A stretch of 61,774 bases of DNA, the filler included, from Bdellovibrionota bacterium (GTDB taxonomy: Bacteria; Bdellovibrionota; Bdellovibrionia; Bdellovibrionales; JAEYZS01): assembly GCA_963169515.1 (NCBI GenBank). It is 5 parts of 5 records of this genome, joined end to end, with 100 filler letters (N's around TTAATTAATTAA, not from the genome) between each part and the next. Parts side by side here need not be neighbours in the genome. Positions count along the whole stretch, not along the records: positions 54,072 to 61,774 come from CAUJEF010000138.1; 4 more parts are not named here. The stretch is one strand, 5' to 3'. Numbering within the stretch: the first letter of the stretch is position 1; each line of letters starts with the position of its first letter. The position numbers and the translations under genes were made by a program. This document shows, in pieces, positions 59,535-61,774 of this stretch. A model generated the notes under the pieces. The model made no database searches, was not told the DNA's origin, and was given only the letters and a program-made list of their open reading frames with translations.

Positions 59535-60356
59535 ATGATCGAACTAATAAAAAAAGCCTTTGAAGAAGATCTGCCCAATGGTGATCTGACAACCCTTTCG
59601 CTTCAACTGGGTTCCGTGCCCGGACAGGCAAAGCTTTTGGCAAAACAAGATTTGATTCTCACTGGAACCGAAGTTTTCACAGGGTGCATTTTATATATGG
59701 ATCCTGAAGCAAAAATATCTTGGCAATTCAAAAGTGGAGATCAAGTTTTAAAAAACCAAATTATTGCGCTCGTCACGGGTGATCTTACGCTCATACTGCA
59801 AGCCGAACGAGTGGCTTTGAATTTTCTTTGTCATCTATGTGGGATTGCAACGCTCACAAAACAATTCGTGGCTCAAATCAGGCACACAGACACACAAATT
59901 TTAGACACCCGAAAGACCACCCCAGGGATGCGAGAGATTGAAAAACAAGCCGTTCGCGATGGTGGTGGAACAAACCATCGCATGAATTTAAGCGATGCAA
60001 TTTTAATCAAAGACAATCACATAGCCGCAGCTGGTGGAATTAAAGATGCCATTATTCGCATACGCAGGGCCACAAAAAGACCCATCGAAGTTGAGTGTAA
60101 AAATATCGAAGAAGTTCAAATTGCCGTCCAACATGACGTCCAGCAGATCTTACTCGACAATATGGATGTTGAAATGTTGAAAAAATGCCTAAAGGAAATT
60201 CCAAAGCCGATAAAAACAGAAGCTAGCGGTAACATGACCTTGAATCGCGTCCGCGAAGTAGCCGAATTGGGTGTGGATTTCATTAGTGTTGGAGCGCTTA
60301 CCCATTCTGCGGCGTATGCAGACATGAGTCTTAAATTTGATTGGAATTTAAAATGA
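59535..60356 (+). CDS. nadC: Quinolinate phosphoribosyltransferase
   Basis: DTRKTTPG, NHRMNLSD, LIKDNH, EASG. Confidence 0.95.
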   Translation: MIELIKKAFEEDLPNGDLTTLSLQLGSVPGQAKLLAKQDLILTGTEVFTGCILYMDPEAKISWQFKSGDQVLKNQIIALVTGDLTLILQAERVALNFLCHLCGIATLTKQFVAQIRHTDTQILDTRKTTPGMREIEKQAVRDGGGTNHRMNLSDAILIKDNHIAAAGGIKDAIIRIRRATKRPIEVECKNIEEVQIAVQHDVQQILLDNMDVEMLKKCLKEIPKPIKTEASGNMTLNRVREVAELGVDFISVGALTHSAAYADMSLKFDWNLK

Positions 60357-61057
60357 TCGGCCAATGGACAGCAGAATGGGCTCAGAAAGTAAAGATTTCC
60401 TTTAAATATTTCGAAAGTATTGAAAGCACAAATAGCTACGCCAAGTCCCTGGCCGAAGAAGAACACTACGATCTAATTATTGCCGACATCCAAACAAAAG
60501 GCCGCGGTCGTGGACAAAATACGTGGCTGAATGCTGCCGAGGGAACACAACTGCTTTCGTCATGGGTATTTCAAACGGAAAAGCCTCCGCAGCCTATCAT
60601 TTCACCAATGTTGGGGCTTCACGTATATAAAGCGTTGAAATCCCGTTGGCACGATTTGATCTGGAGCGTGAAAGCCCCTAACGACATTTATATAAACAAT
60701 AAAAAAGTTGCTGGGATTTTGATAGAGTCGGTTACCGTTAAGAAAAAACATCGCATAATTGTTGGTTTAGGAATCAATGTGCAGGCTGCACCAAACTTAC
60801 CGAACGCAGGCGACCTTCAGAGCCAACTGCCCGGCCCCGTAACACAAGAAATGTGGACCGTTTTTTTAAAGCGCCTTCAGTTAGAAATCCATGAAGCAGT
60901 TTCCGGTGGCTTGCTTGAAAAAATTAATCCCCTGTCTGCTGCGGAATTACTGCAAGCTCTCAACTTAAATCCACTTGTAAAAACTCCATTTATTAAAGTT
61001 TTACCAGACGGCAGCTTAAGAAATAACGAGGGAATTATTCCTTGGACACAAATTTAA
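60353..61057 (+). CDS. birA: Biotin--protein ligase
   Basis: STN, QTKGRGR, KAPND, KKVAGILIE. Confidence 0.9.
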   Translation: MIGQWTAEWAQKVKISFKYFESIESTNSYAKSLAEEEHYDLIIADIQTKGRGRGQNTWLNAAEGTQLLSSWVFQTEKPPQPIISPMLGLHVYKALKSRWHDLIWSVKAPNDIYINNKKVAGILIESVTVKKKHRIIVGLGINVQAAPNLPNAGDLQSQLPGPVTQEMWTVFLKRLQLEIHEAVSGGLLEKINPLSAAELLQALNLNPLVKTPFIKVLPDGSLRNNEGIIPWTQI

Positions 61058-61070
61058 ACTCGGAGGCAAC

Positions 61071-61622
61071 ATGGCGCTTACACAAACACCAGATCCTGAA
61101 ATCGGAAAACCTTGCCCTGATTTCGAATTGCCTTTTGTTGATTATAAAAAAAATTATTCTTTAAAAGATTTTGAAAAATACAAAGCTCTGCTGGTAATGT
61201 TTATCTGCAACCATTGTCCCTATGTGAAAGCCATTGAAGATCGCCTGCTGAGTTTAGCTGCAGACGTCCAAGAAGAGGGCTGCGGCATCGTTGCAGTTTG
61301 TTCCAATGAAACTTCAAAATACAAAGAGGACGAGCCCGCAGCTCTCTTTGCGCGCTGGAAAGAAAAAAAATATCCTTTTCCATATTTGCATGACGCTAAA
61401 CAAGAGATAGCGAGAAAATTTGGAGCCGTCTGTACCCCCGATTTCTTTTTGTACGATAAAAATAGAAAATTAGTTTATCGCGGGCGCCTGGACGACAACT
61501 GGAAAGAGGCAGCAAAGGTCCATCGTCAAGAATTAAGGGAGGCCATTGAAGCGGTGCTTTACAATAACGAGGTTCCAAAAAAACAGAATCCCTCTATGGG
61601 TTGCAGTATTAAATGGTTGTAG
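61071..61622 (+). CDS. Thioredoxin/AhpC-TSA family protein
   Basis: CNHCPYV, CTPDFF, GCSIKW. Confidence 0.9.
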   Translation: MALTQTPDPEIGKPCPDFELPFVDYKKNYSLKDFEKYKALLVMFICNHCPYVKAIEDRLLSLAADVQEEGCGIVAVCSNETSKYKEDEPAALFARWKEKKYPFPYLHDAKQEIARKFGAVCTPDFFLYDKNRKLVYRGRLDDNWKEAAKVHRQELREAIEAVLYNNEVPKKQNPSMGCSIKWL

Positions 61623-61774
61623 CTCTTTTTAATACACAAAATATAGTTCTTTTTGTCGCAGCTTTTTTTACAGCTTCTATTTCTGGTGCATTCGGAATGG
61701 TGGGTGGTGCCATTCTTTTGTCCGTCATGGCCCAGTTTTACAAAATGGACGTGCTGATACCCCTGCACGGAATG
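61613..61774 (+). CDS. TauE/SafE (TSUP) family transporter, truncated by window end
   Basis: Translated by hand: ..FTASISGAFGMVGGAILL..IPLHG. Confidence 0.7.
   Translation, partial: MVVALFNTQNIVLFVAAFFTASISGAFGMVGGAILLSVMAQFYKMDVLIPLHGM

Noticed and set aside
1..61774. CRISPR array, integron cassette array, tRNA or rRNA genes, prophage
   Set aside because: No regularly spaced repeats, cas or integrase genes, cloverleafs or phage genes were seen. The 16S-tail match at 37875-37886 is only 12 nt and is treated as an SD-like element.

Overview
The window is a scaffold of five unlinked contig pieces (about 1-5101, 5202-16320, 16421-27400, 27501-53971, 54072-61774) joined by artificial N-TTAATTAATTAA-N spacers. 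Gene content points to a Bdellovibrionota-like predatory bacterium (inference): RomR-like regulator, Glt-like gliding OM barrel/TPR cluster, and many secreted hydrolases (two PLDs, metzincin, M1 peptidase, alpha/beta hydrolases). Housekeeping genes include lexA, ETF-QO, DEAD-box helicase, uup, cold-shock protein, phhA, trpS, rarD, TetR-TolC-RND, tesA-ybbAP, hutH, rpe, fmt, def, lptG, nadC and birA. The most interesting signals are non-coding. (1) A 13-bp motif, AAAACTGGCCCAC, occurs four times, always beside a mobile or accessory module: a DUF4160/DUF2442 pair, both ends of an IS1-like transposase, and the stop codon of an HUH/RAYT-like transposase. Each of these loci also has a highly structured 90-120 nt segment. 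(2) An unannotated ~170-nt three-hairpin sRNA or sORF has a 12-nt perfect complement to the canonical 16S 3' end and a sigma54-like promoter. (3) A leaderless lexA has a direct-repeat operator candidate in its promoter spacer. No rRNA, tRNA or CRISPR array was seen.
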